Below the pieces are notes generated by a model. That model saw only the letters and a list, made by a program, of their open reading frames with translations. It had not been told where the DNA came from and made no database searches. The position numbers and the translations under genes were made by a program. DNA of 56,536 nt from NCBI GenBank assembly GCA_947581815.1, contig CANPVX010000003.1:1-56536 (forward strand), given 5' to 3'. The first letter of the stretch is position 1, and each line of letters opens with the position of its first letter. Positions 43,390 to 52,810 of the stretch are shown piece by piece. The DNA comes from Candidatus Indicimonas acetifermentans. GTDB taxonomy: Bacteria > Gemmatimonadota > Gemmatimonadetes > Palauibacterales > KS3-K002.

Positions 43390-43577
43390 CCGGCAGCTTC
43401 CAGGCACTGGCCACGCCAGCGACGCGAGACGTCACCTGGCGAGCCGAATTTTTAGTCCGTGAAAACTTACCCGGCCCGGGCCGCGCTGTCCAGACCGCTC
43501 CGGTCGGCTCCTCTACAGGCGGGAGGGTGCGGTACGGGTCTCGAACTTTCGAGCAGAGAGCCCGCGTAGCGTGTGAT
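43390..43577 (-). ncRNA. Candidate structured non-coding RNA / long 3'UTR or rpsU leader (class unknown)
   Basis: ~190 nt with no ATG on the minus strand. Several mutually compatible helices are visible: CGGG..CTCGAA-AG-TTCGAG..CCCG, GACCG-GAG-CGGTC, GAGCCGA/TCGGCTC long-range, and CGCCAG..GACG-CGAGA-CGTC..CTGGCG. It ends at the terminator above. Confidence 0.2.
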
Positions 43578-45794
43578 CTAGAGCGAGCCAGCGAAATAAA
43601 GCTCCAGCCAGGGCGCACCCGATTCCCGGAATACGAGGTCGGTGCGAAAGAGGCCGTTGAGAAAGCTGATTCCAGGGCCGGCCGACCAGAGCAGGTCGCC
43701 GCCAGAGAGCAGGTCGCCGCCAGGGCCGCCGTTGGGCCAGTCGCCGGTGTCTCCAGCCCAGCCGAAGTTAGCGAAGACGACCGGCGTGATCGTGGCCAGG
43801 TGCGCGCCACGGCGGGCAAGCTCGATCTGCGCTGCCCAATAGGAGTCGCCGCGGCGGGTTCCGTAGACGTAACCCTTCACAGTCTCCAGGCCGCCGATTC
43901 GCCACAGCCTCTGCGCAGGTGCGTCGCCGGCCGTCCAGCCGGCTTTACCACCCAGCGCCAGCCACGCGATATTGCCAAGATGCGTCTTGATCTCGAAGCC
44001 GATCCTCGGCTGCACGTAGTCGAGGGAATCGGCGTCGGTGCCGAGCTCGACTCCGGCCGTGAATTCCGCTCGGTCGCCGGGGCGGTTCCAGTTGCTGCTG
44101 GCGAACCACGTCGCGTCCAGATCGCCTCTATAGTACCAGTTTTCAGTCGCCGGCGGGTTCGGCTGGAAGACGGAATCCTCCCAGATCCCGGGGATCGCGA
44201 TCTGGGTATTGCGCTCTACCGATGATTCGTAAGCGGCGCTGAGCCCGGCGCGGCCGCGGAAAGTGCCCCAGCGCCGGCCCGCCGTGATGGCGGCGCCGCT
44301 GGATCGGTAGTAATCGGCGTCGTCGCGGCCCAGGAAGAAGGGGCGAAGTGCCGAGCTGCCGTAGGCGCGTCGATCGTCGGTCAGCGGGTAGCCGGTGACG
44401 TGGAGCTCGCTATAACCGTCGATGCGGAATTGGGAGCGCGGCGCATCATAGTGCAAGCCGAGCCGCGCCTTCGGCTCCAGGTCGGCTACGCCGAAGCCGA
44501 CGAGACCTGCGACGGACCAGAACGGTCGCCGTGGCAAGTCCCCCTGGAACCCGAGGCCTATGCCAAGCGCCTCTACGCGGTTGTAGCGCAGCATCTCGGA
44601 CAGCCGTTGGACCTCGCCGATCACGAACATCTTTCGCCCGGAGATGCTCGGATCGAGCTCTTGGGCGCGGCGTTCCAGCTCTTCCGCGTCGGGAAGTTTC
44701 AGCTTCTCCGATGGCGCCTCGAGCGGCTCTTTCCAACCGGTGTAAGCGTTGAGCGAGTCCTCCGGGGGCCGGACGATCTCCCAACCACCGTCGTGCGGCC
44801 CCGACCGCACACGGGTCCTCTCGCGCTCCTTGTCGGCGCGCCCAAAATCGACCCCCTCCACTTCGATGCTCTCCCACGAGTCATCGCTGCCCTCACGCGA
44901 AGAGTCGCTGGAGACCCAGACGATGGGCTGGCCCGTATTGATGTCATAGCGGCCGAACTCGTTGCTGAACACGAGAGGCAGAGCGAGATCTCTGAAGAAG
45001 GGGATGTCAATGTTGAGCTCGACTTCTTGGCGCCGTGGGAGCCAGTAACGCTGCTCCCACAGGCCCTGCTCGATGACTGCTGAGAGTGATAGTATTCGAT
45101 TCGCCCAAGCCGAGCCCTCTGGGTTCTCGTCGTCCGCCCACAGCGGCTTGCCGACGAAGCGAATCTGCCACGCCGCGATGTCGCCGCTCGATTCATCGAC
45201 CCAGAGTGAGCCAACGACGAGTGACTCGTCGCCGCGGGTCGGCGTCACGCGAACCTCGATCAGGTCCAACACTCTCTGTGGCGTTGAGAGCGTGATCGTG
45301 TCCCCGATCTCATACTCGTAGTACTCGGACGCGCGGGCGGAGAAGGGGTGTACCGACGCGCGACCCGGTATCTCGATCCCGCCGAGAACGCGGATGCTGT
45401 CTCCCGGGGTCGTCGCTACGAACCACGGCTCGCTGAAGTCGAGCCCGAAGTCCGCTCCCTGCTCGGCCCCTAGCTCGAGGGCCGTCACGTAGCGCTGCCC
45501 AACCATACGAACCTGCAAGCCGGCGTCACGATCCCACGCCACCTCCGAGGCCAGCTCGCTGGCCACAATCAGCTTGGGCGGCGCCAGCCGGTCCGTCACG
45601 AGTCCGACGCTGACCAGGGTCTTCAGTTGAGATCTGTAGTCGGAAAGAGCCGTATCGAAGTGCTCGTGTCGCTGCCGCGCCAACTCCACGATGCTTTGCG
45701 CCCGCGCCTCGGCGATCCCGGACGAGCCACCCGCGAGGGTGACGGCTAATGCCGAAGCGTACCAACGCGCGGCGGGTGTTTGGAAGCGCCTCAT
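43578..45794 (-). CDS. Omp85-superfamily-like outer-membrane beta-barrel protein, large N-terminal region of unknown function
   Basis: Signal peptide from ATG 45794. The C-terminal region has an RIGGLETVKGY (L6 VRGY-like) motif and beta-strand periodicity. No POTRA repeats were recognised by eye. Confidence 0.6.
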   Translation of the reverse strand: MRRFQTPAARWYASALAVTLAGGSSGIAEARAQSIVELARQRHEHFDTALSDYRSQLKTLVSVGLVTDRLAPPKLIVASELASEVAWDRDAGLQVRMVGQRYVTALELGAEQGADFGLDFSEPWFVATTPGDSIRVLGGIEIPGRASVHPFSARASEYYEYEIGDTITLSTPQRVLDLIEVRVTPTRGDESLVVGSLWVDESSGDIAAWQIRFVGKPLWADDENPEGSAWANRILSLSAVIEQGLWEQRYWLPRRQEVELNIDIPFFRDLALPLVFSNEFGRYDINTGQPIVWVSSDSSREGSDDSWESIEVEGVDFGRADKERERTRVRSGPHDGGWEIVRPPEDSLNAYTGWKEPLEAPSEKLKLPDAEELERRAQELDPSISGRKMFVIGEVQRLSEMLRYNRVEALGIGLGFQGDLPRRPFWSVAGLVGFGVADLEPKARLGLHYDAPRSQFRIDGYSELHVTGYPLTDDRRAYGSSALRPFFLGRDDADYYRSSGAAITAGRRWGTFRGRAGLSAAYESSVERNTQIAIPGIWEDSVFQPNPPATENWYYRGDLDATWFASSNWNRPGDRAEFTAGVELGTDADSLDYVQPRIGFEIKTHLGNIAWLALGGKAGWTAGDAPAQRLWRIGGLETVKGYVYGTRRGDSYWAAQIELARRGAHLATITPVVFANFGWAGDTGDWPNGGPGGDLLSGGDLLWSAGPGISFLNGLFRTDLVFRESGAPWLELYFAGSL

Positions 45795-45798
45795 GATC

Positions 45799-47253
45799 CT
45801 ACGGCCTGATGGAGCTGAGGACGTCGGTCGCCCAATCATCCAAACTCACCAAGGTGCCGCCTCTCCAAGTCAATCTGTAGCGGGCCAGCTCCGCATCCCA
45901 GTCGGGGTTCGACTCGCCCGCGAGCCAAGCGGTGATCCATTCGTTCTCTCTGACAGCGCTGAGGGCGACGCTCAACCTCTCCTGTGTGAGAACGGGGCCC
46001 GCGGCTCGCAAGTTCGTCAGCACGCGCTCGAGCGATTGACCGCGCGCTTGGAAGCCGAGGTCGAGGAGGAACGCCGCTACGGCTCCACCGTCATAGATGA
46101 AGCGGTAGGAGTCATCCTCCCAGAAATCCGCTTCGGCATCCGCCACCGACGTCTCTCCGTAGAGTGGACTGCTGCGGTAACGCTTGAGCCGCTCGTTGAT
46201 CTCGAGCAAGAAAGCGTCAGGCTCGATCAAGTCGCCGGCGAGCAGGGTCTTCAACGAGAAGTAGTCGGTGAACCCCTCCGAGAACCAGGAGGGTGGCGGG
46301 CCTTCGAATGCGTACGCTGTCGGGATGTACCAGTGCATGAGCTCGTGCGCCGTGGTGCGCAGCCAGCGATCGAACTCGATGGCGCCGGGCGCGAGGCCGC
46401 CTAGATAAACCAAACCAGTTTTTCCAATGACCTGACCACCGGTGCTTATGCCGTCGAAGAGGCCCGGGACGCGTCCAGTCCCCAACAGGTAGTCACCCGA
46501 AGCCCAGCCGGCGGCCGCGATCCGGTGGAGGCCACCCGCGATGCGCTCTATGGCGTCGTCGATTCGCGCGTCGGACACTGGCCAGTCGCCGTAGATCGCC
46601 GTAGTCAGCGATCGGTGACCGATGTTGAAGCGCCGCGTTCGCAGTCGTCCAACGACGAACACCGCGCTCCCTATGTCGTCTACCACGTGAGCGCCTCCAG
46701 CGCGGCGCGCGACCGTCGCGACTCCCCAGTTGCGGGGCAACGCCTCGATGCGGATGCGCGCGCCATGGCTGCCAGGGAGTGGGCGGTTCAACCAGATTCT
46801 TGGCAGCAGGTCACGACCGATGAGGTGGCCACCGTCCGCCGACAGTTGGGAGACACGGTGGTAGAATCGCGATTCCGAGGGAGGATCTAACACCAAAGTG
46901 TAGTTGATGATGACGAGCCCCGGGTCGTCAACCTTGACACTACGATGCCCCGAGTCGAGATCCTCCTCATTGGCTTCGACCGGCAGAGAGCCGCGCGGTC
47001 CTTCCGCTCTCATCCCCTGCAACCGCTTCGCCAGGCCCGAGTAACCCTCCCATTCACCTCTGAACAGGAGTTGAATCGTGCTGGGCTCAGCCAGCTCGAT
47101 CTCGACTCGGACGTGGACCTGCTGGTTGTCGGGATCGACGCGAACGCGAAACTCCGGCGGCGGATCGAGAACCTGCCCGTACGCCGCCGGGGCGCTCGCG
47201 CTGTTGGAGGAAAGCATGAGGCCGAGAACGACCAACTTGATAGCGAACTTCAT
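45799..47253 (-). CDS. Secreted gluzincin metallopeptidase (M61/M1-like HExxH...E)
   Basis: Signal peptide MKFAIKLVVLGLML. Motifs TAHELMHWYIP and WFSEGFTDYF. Its stop lies 4 nt before the start of the Omp85-like gene. Confidence 0.75.
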   Translation of the reverse strand: MKFAIKLVVLGLMLSSNSASAPAAYGQVLDPPPEFRVRVDPDNQQVHVRVEIELAEPSTIQLLFRGEWEGYSGLAKRLQGMRAEGPRGSLPVEANEEDLDSGHRSVKVDDPGLVIINYTLVLDPPSESRFYHRVSQLSADGGHLIGRDLLPRIWLNRPLPGSHGARIRIEALPRNWGVATVARRAGGAHVVDDIGSAVFVVGRLRTRRFNIGHRSLTTAIYGDWPVSDARIDDAIERIAGGLHRIAAAGWASGDYLLGTGRVPGLFDGISTGGQVIGKTGLVYLGGLAPGAIEFDRWLRTTAHELMHWYIPTAYAFEGPPPSWFSEGFTDYFSLKTLLAGDLIEPDAFLLEINERLKRYRSSPLYGETSVADAEADFWEDDSYRFIYDGGAVAAFLLDLGFQARGQSLERVLTNLRAAGPVLTQERLSVALSAVRENEWITAWLAGESNPDWDAELARYRLTWRGGTLVSLDDWATDVLSSIRP

Positions 47254-47366
47254 TCTCTCGTCCTTGATCCACCCGTCGCCGAATCTGACCCCAGCGTGGG
47301 CGGCTCTACCGGAAGCCGAACCATCCTACGAGTCGCGGCGTCGCTGGGATTCAAAGTCCAGCCACG

Positions 47367-48554
47367 TCACTCTTTCCATTCGATGTCGAAGCCATCGATA
47401 CGCATTAGCGTCTTTTCGCGTATCTCGGCCGGCGACGGCAGCTCTTCGAGTAGAGCGCCGTCCTTCATTCGAGGCACGAGGAGTTCCTCAACGGGTCCTC
47501 CACAGCCAGCGCTTCGATTTGGCCAGCGCTCCGCATCGTGTAATGGGACGATCACATCCTCGTTGCAATCGCTGAAGCGGAGCACCTGCTTGGCCCCCGA
47601 CCATTTCCCACGCTTGGCTATCGGCGCCCCCTCGATCTCGACGATGTCCATGGAGAAATCGATGACCGGGGCGGCGCTGATCCAGCCGCCGACGCCGTAT
47701 CCATCCACCAGCGGATTGAGCCTGCGGATCTGTTCTTCGCCGATCCCGCCGCTCACGAACAGCCCGACGTCATCGTGGCCGCGCAGGTCGAGCTCCCAGC
47801 GGACCTCGCGCAGGATCTCGTAGAAGTCGCCGCGCCGCGAGCTCGGGGTATCGAGACGCACAGCTGCGAGGCGATCACCCATGGCCTCGGCGATGCGCAG
47901 CGATTCGAGCTTCTCGTCGGTGAACGTGTCGATGAGGGCGATACGTGGTACGCCGCTGTCGATGACCTCATCGAACGCCTCGGCTGCTGCGACCGTATCG
48001 CCCATGACCAGGACCAGCGCGTGAGGGATGGTGCCCGCCGCCTCCGTGCCCAGCAGTTCGGCGCTCGCCACGACGGCTACGCCATCGCAGCCTCCCAGGT
48101 ACGCGGCACGCTCGATCATCGGGGCCAGCGTGGGGTGCATCCGCCGTGCGCCGAAGCTGATCACTCGCTTGTTGGGGCCGGCCGCCTTACGGCAGCGGGC
48201 CGCGCGGGTGGCGATGCCGCTGGCCTGGCAGATGAGGCCTAGCGAAGCGGTCTCCATCGCGGCGAACGCTGTGTAGCTTCCCTCGATCTCCAGGACCGGT
48301 TCGAGCCGCCGGAAGACCTGCCCTTCTTCCATCGACCGGACGTTGACGCCCAGGCCCTCGAGCAGATGGAGTAGCTCTTCGAGTCCGGCGAAGACAGCCC
48401 ATTCCCAGTTCTCGGGCAGGTCCTTCGCGACGAACTCGGCTCGCACTCGCTTGTCGACGCCTCGAGCTTCCAGGATATCGACCGAGCGGCGGAAATACAC
48501 ATCCACGACCTCGCCGGCCTTGATTTGCTCCGCGGTGGCGATGTGAAAGCCCAT
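47367..48554 (-). CDS. Nicotinate phosphoribosyltransferase (short, archaeal-like type)
   Basis: 395 aa with the N-terminal pattern ...VYFRRS..IL...G.. and a type II PRTase barrel (FGARR, GGCDGVA, RLDTPSSRRG). Confidence 0.75.
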   Translation of the reverse strand: MGFHIATAEQIKAGEVVDVYFRRSVDILEARGVDKRVRAEFVAKDLPENWEWAVFAGLEELLHLLEGLGVNVRSMEEGQVFRRLEPVLEIEGSYTAFAAMETASLGLICQASGIATRAARCRKAAGPNKRVISFGARRMHPTLAPMIERAAYLGGCDGVAVVASAELLGTEAAGTIPHALVLVMGDTVAAAEAFDEVIDSGVPRIALIDTFTDEKLESLRIAEAMGDRLAAVRLDTPSSRRGDFYEILREVRWELDLRGHDDVGLFVSGGIGEEQIRRLNPLVDGYGVGGWISAAPVIDFSMDIVEIEGAPIAKRGKWSGAKQVLRFSDCNEDVIVPLHDAERWPNRSAGCGGPVEELLVPRMKDGALLEELPSPAEIREKTLMRIDGFDIEWKE

Positions 48555-48667
48555 TCGAACTCCCTGCGGCGGTCATTGCAGCAGCATCATCTGGGGACAA
48601 CTATAATAAGGATGAGCGGCTGAGGCATGAGGGGCCAGTAAGACTAGACTCCAAGAAAGAGAACACG

Positions 48668-49141
48668 ATGCGCGACGGCGATGGGCGTTGGCGGACGATC
48701 GAGCACACCGCCGACCTGGCCGTCGAGCTGGAGGCGTCTTCTCCGGCGGAACTGTTTCTCACCGCCGCGGATGCGCTCATCGGCGTGCTGAGAGGTGAGG
48801 AGGCGGCGAGCGCGGAGCCGGAGACGGACTCGGCGTCGGCGGAGCAGCCTGTCTCAGAGTGGCGCGAGCTCTCACTGGAGGCCAGCGATCGCGAAGCTCT
48901 GCTGGTCGACTGGCTCCGGGAGCTGCTCTACCTGACCACGATGACGGAGCCCCCCCCCCTCTTCTTCGCAAAGGGTGAGATCCATGCCCTCAGCGAGACG
49001 CGGATCGAAGCGAGGGTGGCCTTCACGGGCGCCACCGGGTTGGAGAGTGTGGAGCGCGAGCTGAAAGGGGTCACTTATCATGATCTTCAGCTGCGCCGCC
49101 GCGGAGATAGTTGGTACGCGAAGATCGTTTTCGATGTTTGA
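48668..49141 (+). CDS. Archease (RtcB activator/chaperone)
   Basis: N-terminal EHTADLAVE and C-terminal KGVTYHDLQL...AKIVFDV motifs. Confidence 0.85.
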   Translation: MRDGDGRWRTIEHTADLAVELEASSPAELFLTAADALIGVLRGEEAASAEPETDSASAEQPVSEWRELSLEASDREALLVDWLRELLYLTTMTEPPPLFFAKGEIHALSETRIEARVAFTGATGLESVERELKGVTYHDLQLRRRGDSWYAKIVFDV

Positions 49142-49163
49142 TTTCGGGTCACAAACTTCCTGA

Positions 49164-50624
49164 GTGAATGACATGACGGTCGGTAGCTTCGAGCTGGAAA
49201 AGATCGACGAGTATCGCTGGCGAATTCCTAGGACGGGTCCGATGCTGACCGATGGGCTCGTGTTCGCCGACGATGAGTTGATAAAAAGCATCCGCCAGGA
49301 CAGAAGCCTCGAGCAAGTAGCGAACGTCGCTTGCCTGCCCGGCATCCAGGGTCCCTCGATAGCCATGCCTGACATTCACTGGGGTTACGGCTTCCCGATC
49401 GGAGGCGTGGCGGCTTTCGATCTCGAGGAGGGGGTGATCTCGCCTGGTGGTGTGGGCTACGACATAAACTGCGGGGTGCGACTGTTGCGCACCGACTTGC
49501 AGGTTGGGGACGTGCGAGCGCGACTGCCGCGGCTGATGGATAAGCTGTACGCGAACCTGCCGTCGGGCGTCGGTTCGAGGCGCAGCGACATCCGGTTGAG
49601 CTTGCGGGATGTGAGCCAGGTGTTGCTGAAGGGTGCGCGGTGGGCAGTCGGAGAAGGATATGGCTGGGCGCAGGACCTGGAGCGGATAGAAGAGGGCGGC
49701 GCCATCGAGGGTGCCGAGCCGGAATGCGTCTCAAGACGCGCGCTGGAGCGCGGTCGAACGCAGGTTGGCACGGTGGGCTCGGGAAATCATTTCGTCGAGG
49801 TGGGATACGTCGGCGACATTCATGATGAAGAGGCCGCCGCGGCTTTGGGGCTGCAGGCGGGGAGCGTAACGATCTTCGTGCATTCGGGCTCTCGCGGGTT
49901 GGGCTATCAGGTCTGCGACGATTACTTGAAGACGATGCTCGGGGCCGCGCAAAAGTATGGGATCGAGCTGCAGGATCGCCAGCTATGCGCGGCGCCGCTA
50001 ACCTCAGAAGAAGCTCGGCGCTACTTGGGTGCCATGCGCGGGGCCGCGAACTATGCGTTCGCCAATCGCCAGATGATGGGGCATTGGGTTCGACAGTCTT
50101 TCGAGGAAGTGTTCGGTGAGAGCGCTGAGCGCTTGGGGCTGAACCTTGTGTACGACGTCGCCCACAACATAGCCAAGTTCGAGAAGCATCGGGTTGGCGG
50201 CGTGGAGAAAACGGTGTGCGTTCACCGGAAGGGCGCCACGCGCGCTTTCCCGCCGGGTCATCCGGATGTCCCGGAAGCCTATCGGAGTGTGGGGCAGCCC
50301 ATCTTCATACCTGGCGACATGGGCCGTTATAGCTATGTGCTCGTTGGAACCGAGGGCGCCTACAACGAAACGTTTGGATCGACCTGTCATGGGGCGGGCC
50401 GCACCATGAGCCGCAAGCAAGCCAAGCGAACGGCGAAGGGAAGAAACATCGAGCGAGAGTTGGAGGACCGCGGGATCCTCATCCGGGCGGCGTCCCGGGC
50501 GACGGTCAACGAAGAGATACCCGAAGCTTACAAAGATGTGAAAGACGTAGTGGGCGTCGTGGATCGAGCGGGGATCGGTAAGATCGTGGCTCAACTCAAA
50601 CCGATGGGCGTAGTGAAAGGATAG
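49164..50624 (+). CDS. rtcB: RNA 3'-phosphate ligase RtcB
   Basis: Motifs MPDIHWGYGFPIGG, GGVGYDINCG, GSGNHFVE, HSGSRGLG and CHGAGR. GTG 49164 or ATG 49173. Confidence 0.95.
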   Translation: MNDMTVGSFELEKIDEYRWRIPRTGPMLTDGLVFADDELIKSIRQDRSLEQVANVACLPGIQGPSIAMPDIHWGYGFPIGGVAAFDLEEGVISPGGVGYDINCGVRLLRTDLQVGDVRARLPRLMDKLYANLPSGVGSRRSDIRLSLRDVSQVLLKGARWAVGEGYGWAQDLERIEEGGAIEGAEPECVSRRALERGRTQVGTVGSGNHFVEVGYVGDIHDEEAAAALGLQAGSVTIFVHSGSRGLGYQVCDDYLKTMLGAAQKYGIELQDRQLCAAPLTSEEARRYLGAMRGAANYAFANRQMMGHWVRQSFEEVFGESAERLGLNLVYDVAHNIAKFEKHRVGGVEKTVCVHRKGATRAFPPGHPDVPEAYRSVGQPIFIPGDMGRYSYVLVGTEGAYNETFGSTCHGAGRTMSRKQAKRTAKGRNIERELEDRGILIRAASRATVNEEIPEAYKDVKDVVGVVDRAGIGKIVAQLKPMGVVKG

Positions 50625-50630
50625 GCCATC

Positions 50631-51506
50631 ATGCCGCTGATCGAGCGCGTACTAGCCGCGACCGACGGCAGCGAGTACGGCGCCAAAGCCGTTCAGACCG
50701 GCGCGGCCCTCAGCCGCCGCGCAGGCGCCAGCTTCGAGGTGGTCACGATTGTCGAGGTCCTCATGCTGCCACCCGTCGCCATGGCGCCGCCAGCGGAGGC
50801 TCTCGAATACGACGATGCCTTCACTACGGAAGCGCTCCGCAAAGCGGAAGCCCAGGCGCGGGATGCGGATCAAGCCGAAGCGCCGATCCATGTGTACAGC
50901 GGCTTCCCAGCGCCGCTCATCAGCCGGGTGGCCGACGAGCGCGCGGCGGATCTCATCGTGCTGGGCGCTCACCCGCACCCGGCCGTGGCTCGGTTCCTCG
51001 TCGGGAACACCGCCGAGCGGGTCATTCGAACGGCGCGCCGGCCCGTGCTGGTGGCCATCGAGCCTCGCACCGAGCCGTTCCGTAGAATTCTCGTCGCCGT
51101 CGATCTGTCGACTCAGTCGCGCCGCGTGCTCCGAGCCGCCGCCGCGATCGCCAAGGCCGACGGCGCGGAGCTCCGCGCCCTGTACGCTCGGGAGCCGCTA
51201 CCGCCGATGCTCTTGGAAAGCGGTCTGTTCGTCGAAGAGTCGTACCCGGGACTCGGACCCGATGACTTGGCCGAATCGATCGCCGTTGCAGAGCTGCGCG
51301 ACATCCGGGTGGAGCCGCGCGTGCGTGAAGGACGCGCGGGAGATGCGGTGTTGGAAGAGACCGCGGAATGGGACGCGGATCTCGTCGTGATCGGATCCCA
51401 CGGCTTTGGTTTCTTCGAGCGCCTGCTGCTAGGCAGCACATCGATCCACATCTTGCGTCACAGCCAGCGCGCCACCGTGATCGTTCCACCGATCGAAGGC
51501 GAGTGA
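50631..51506 (+). CDS. Tandem-domain universal stress protein (UspA family)
   Basis: Two Usp modules, each ending with DLIVLGAH / DLVVIGSHG and ...GSTS...VIVP. Confidence 0.85.
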   Translation: MPLIERVLAATDGSEYGAKAVQTGAALSRRAGASFEVVTIVEVLMLPPVAMAPPAEALEYDDAFTTEALRKAEAQARDADQAEAPIHVYSGFPAPLISRVADERAADLIVLGAHPHPAVARFLVGNTAERVIRTARRPVLVAIEPRTEPFRRILVAVDLSTQSRRVLRAAAAIAKADGAELRALYAREPLPPMLLESGLFVEESYPGLGPDDLAESIAVAELRDIRVEPRVREGRAGDAVLEETAEWDADLVVIGSHGFGFFERLLLGSTSIHILRHSQRATVIVPPIEGE

Positions 51507-51551
51507 CGCTCTAGTGTGGCCGCTAGTTCCTGGGGTGAAGCCCGCGCGGCC

Positions 51552-52706
51552 TCAGTAGCAGAAGCGCCGTGCAGCTTCGGCCAGAACTTTGGCCGTGGAC
51601 ACGACGGAACACAGGCTGACCCATTCCACTGCGGCGTGGGCGCCATCCCCGCCCGGCCCGTAGTTGAGCGCCGGGATGCCGGCGGCCGCGAAGATCGCGG
51701 CATCGGTCCAGTAGGCGACGCCGGTCTCTTCAGGCGCTTCACCTAGTTCTGCGATCGCCGAGTCGCGCACGCAGCTGGCGAGCTTGGAGCCCGGATCGCA
51801 AACCAACGGCTGCCTGTCGAAGAACGCCTCGATGCGAGCCTCCTCGCCGGACCGAGCGACGATACGCTCCAATTCTTCGACTACTCCCTCGACGGTTTCG
51901 CCGGGTAGGGTTCGGCGTTCGACCTGGAGCTCGCAACTGGGCGCGTAAGTGGAGATGCCGACGCCGCCCTTGACCAGGGCGGCGTGGAGCGAAGCCGGCC
52001 CGACATCGGGGCTGGGGCGGGGGCGAGGGCGCTGCCGCAGCTCTTCTTGGTCGAAGCGCTTCAGGCCAGCGATGATATTCCCCATCTTTCCTATCGCGCT
52101 GACACCCAGATCCCAGCGGCTGCCGTGCGCGGCTGTGCCAGAGGTGGTCAGTCGCACCCAAACGAAGCCTTTGTGGGTGAGTATGAGACGGCCTTCGGTG
52201 GGCTCCGTGACGATGCAGGCGTCTCCGGTGTGGTTGGCGACGAAATGATCAGCGCCGATGCTCGAGTGCTCTTCGTCCACCACCAGGGCTAGCTTCACCC
52301 GACCCGCCAGGTCTTGATTCTTCAACGCCGCCGCCGCGACCATCGCCGCGGCCACGCCGCCCTTCATGTCGTAGCTGCCGCGGCCATAAACCCGGTCGCC
52401 CTCTACCAGAGGCTCGAACGGCGGAATGTTCATCCCCTCCGTGCTGACCGTATCGATGTGCGCGCAGAAGATCAGCGTGGGGCCGTCGCCTTCGCCCACC
52501 TGGGCGACTACGTTCGGACGGCCGGTAGCGACGTGCTCGAGCCACGCTTCCACCCCGCGCTCCAGAAGCCAGTCCCGCGCGCATACGGCCAACGCCTCCT
52601 CACCGTGGGAGGCATCGGGGGCAAGCGTCGGGTTGATCGAAGGCGTGCGGACCAGAACCTGTAGCAGCTCCAGTACTTCAGTGTTCGAGAGAAAGTTGCT
52701 GCGCAT
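51552..52706 (-). CDS. M20 family metallopeptidase (ArgE/DapE/acetylornithine deacetylase-like)
   Basis: Motifs FCAHIDTV, YGRGSYDMKGG, DEEHSS and a C-terminal GGDGAH. Confidence 0.85.
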   Translation of the reverse strand: MRSNFLSNTEVLELLQVLVRTPSINPTLAPDASHGEEALAVCARDWLLERGVEAWLEHVATGRPNVVAQVGEGDGPTLIFCAHIDTVSTEGMNIPPFEPLVEGDRVYGRGSYDMKGGVAAAMVAAAALKNQDLAGRVKLALVVDEEHSSIGADHFVANHTGDACIVTEPTEGRLILTHKGFVWVRLTTSGTAAHGSRWDLGVSAIGKMGNIIAGLKRFDQEELRQRPRPRPSPDVGPASLHAALVKGGVGISTYAPSCELQVERRTLPGETVEGVVEELERIVARSGEEARIEAFFDRQPLVCDPGSKLASCVRDSAIAELGEAPEETGVAYWTDAAIFAAAGIPALNYGPGGDGAHAAVEWVSLCSVVSTAKVLAEAARRFCY

Positions 52707-52810
52707 GGGGTGCTCGCACTCATGGTCTACGCTAAGTTGCTCGACGAGCTCGACTTATTGCGCTCGACCGGCGGCGTCAAGTCGGACGAAGGTAAATCAA
52801 CGAACCTGAA

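Noticed and set aside
43395-43470. SRP (4.5S) RNA-like strings on the minus strand (GCCAGGTGACG..., CCTGGAAGCTGCC).
   Set aside because: I could not build the domain IV helix (GGAA/GNAR tetraloop flanked by the conserved symmetric and asymmetric loops). The arms around GGAA are not complementary.
43515-43565. tRNA T-loop-like string GTTCGAGACCC on the minus strand.
   Set aside because: No acceptor stem, anticodon arm or D-arm can be drawn around it, and the local hairpin is a simple CTCGAA/TTCGAG stem.
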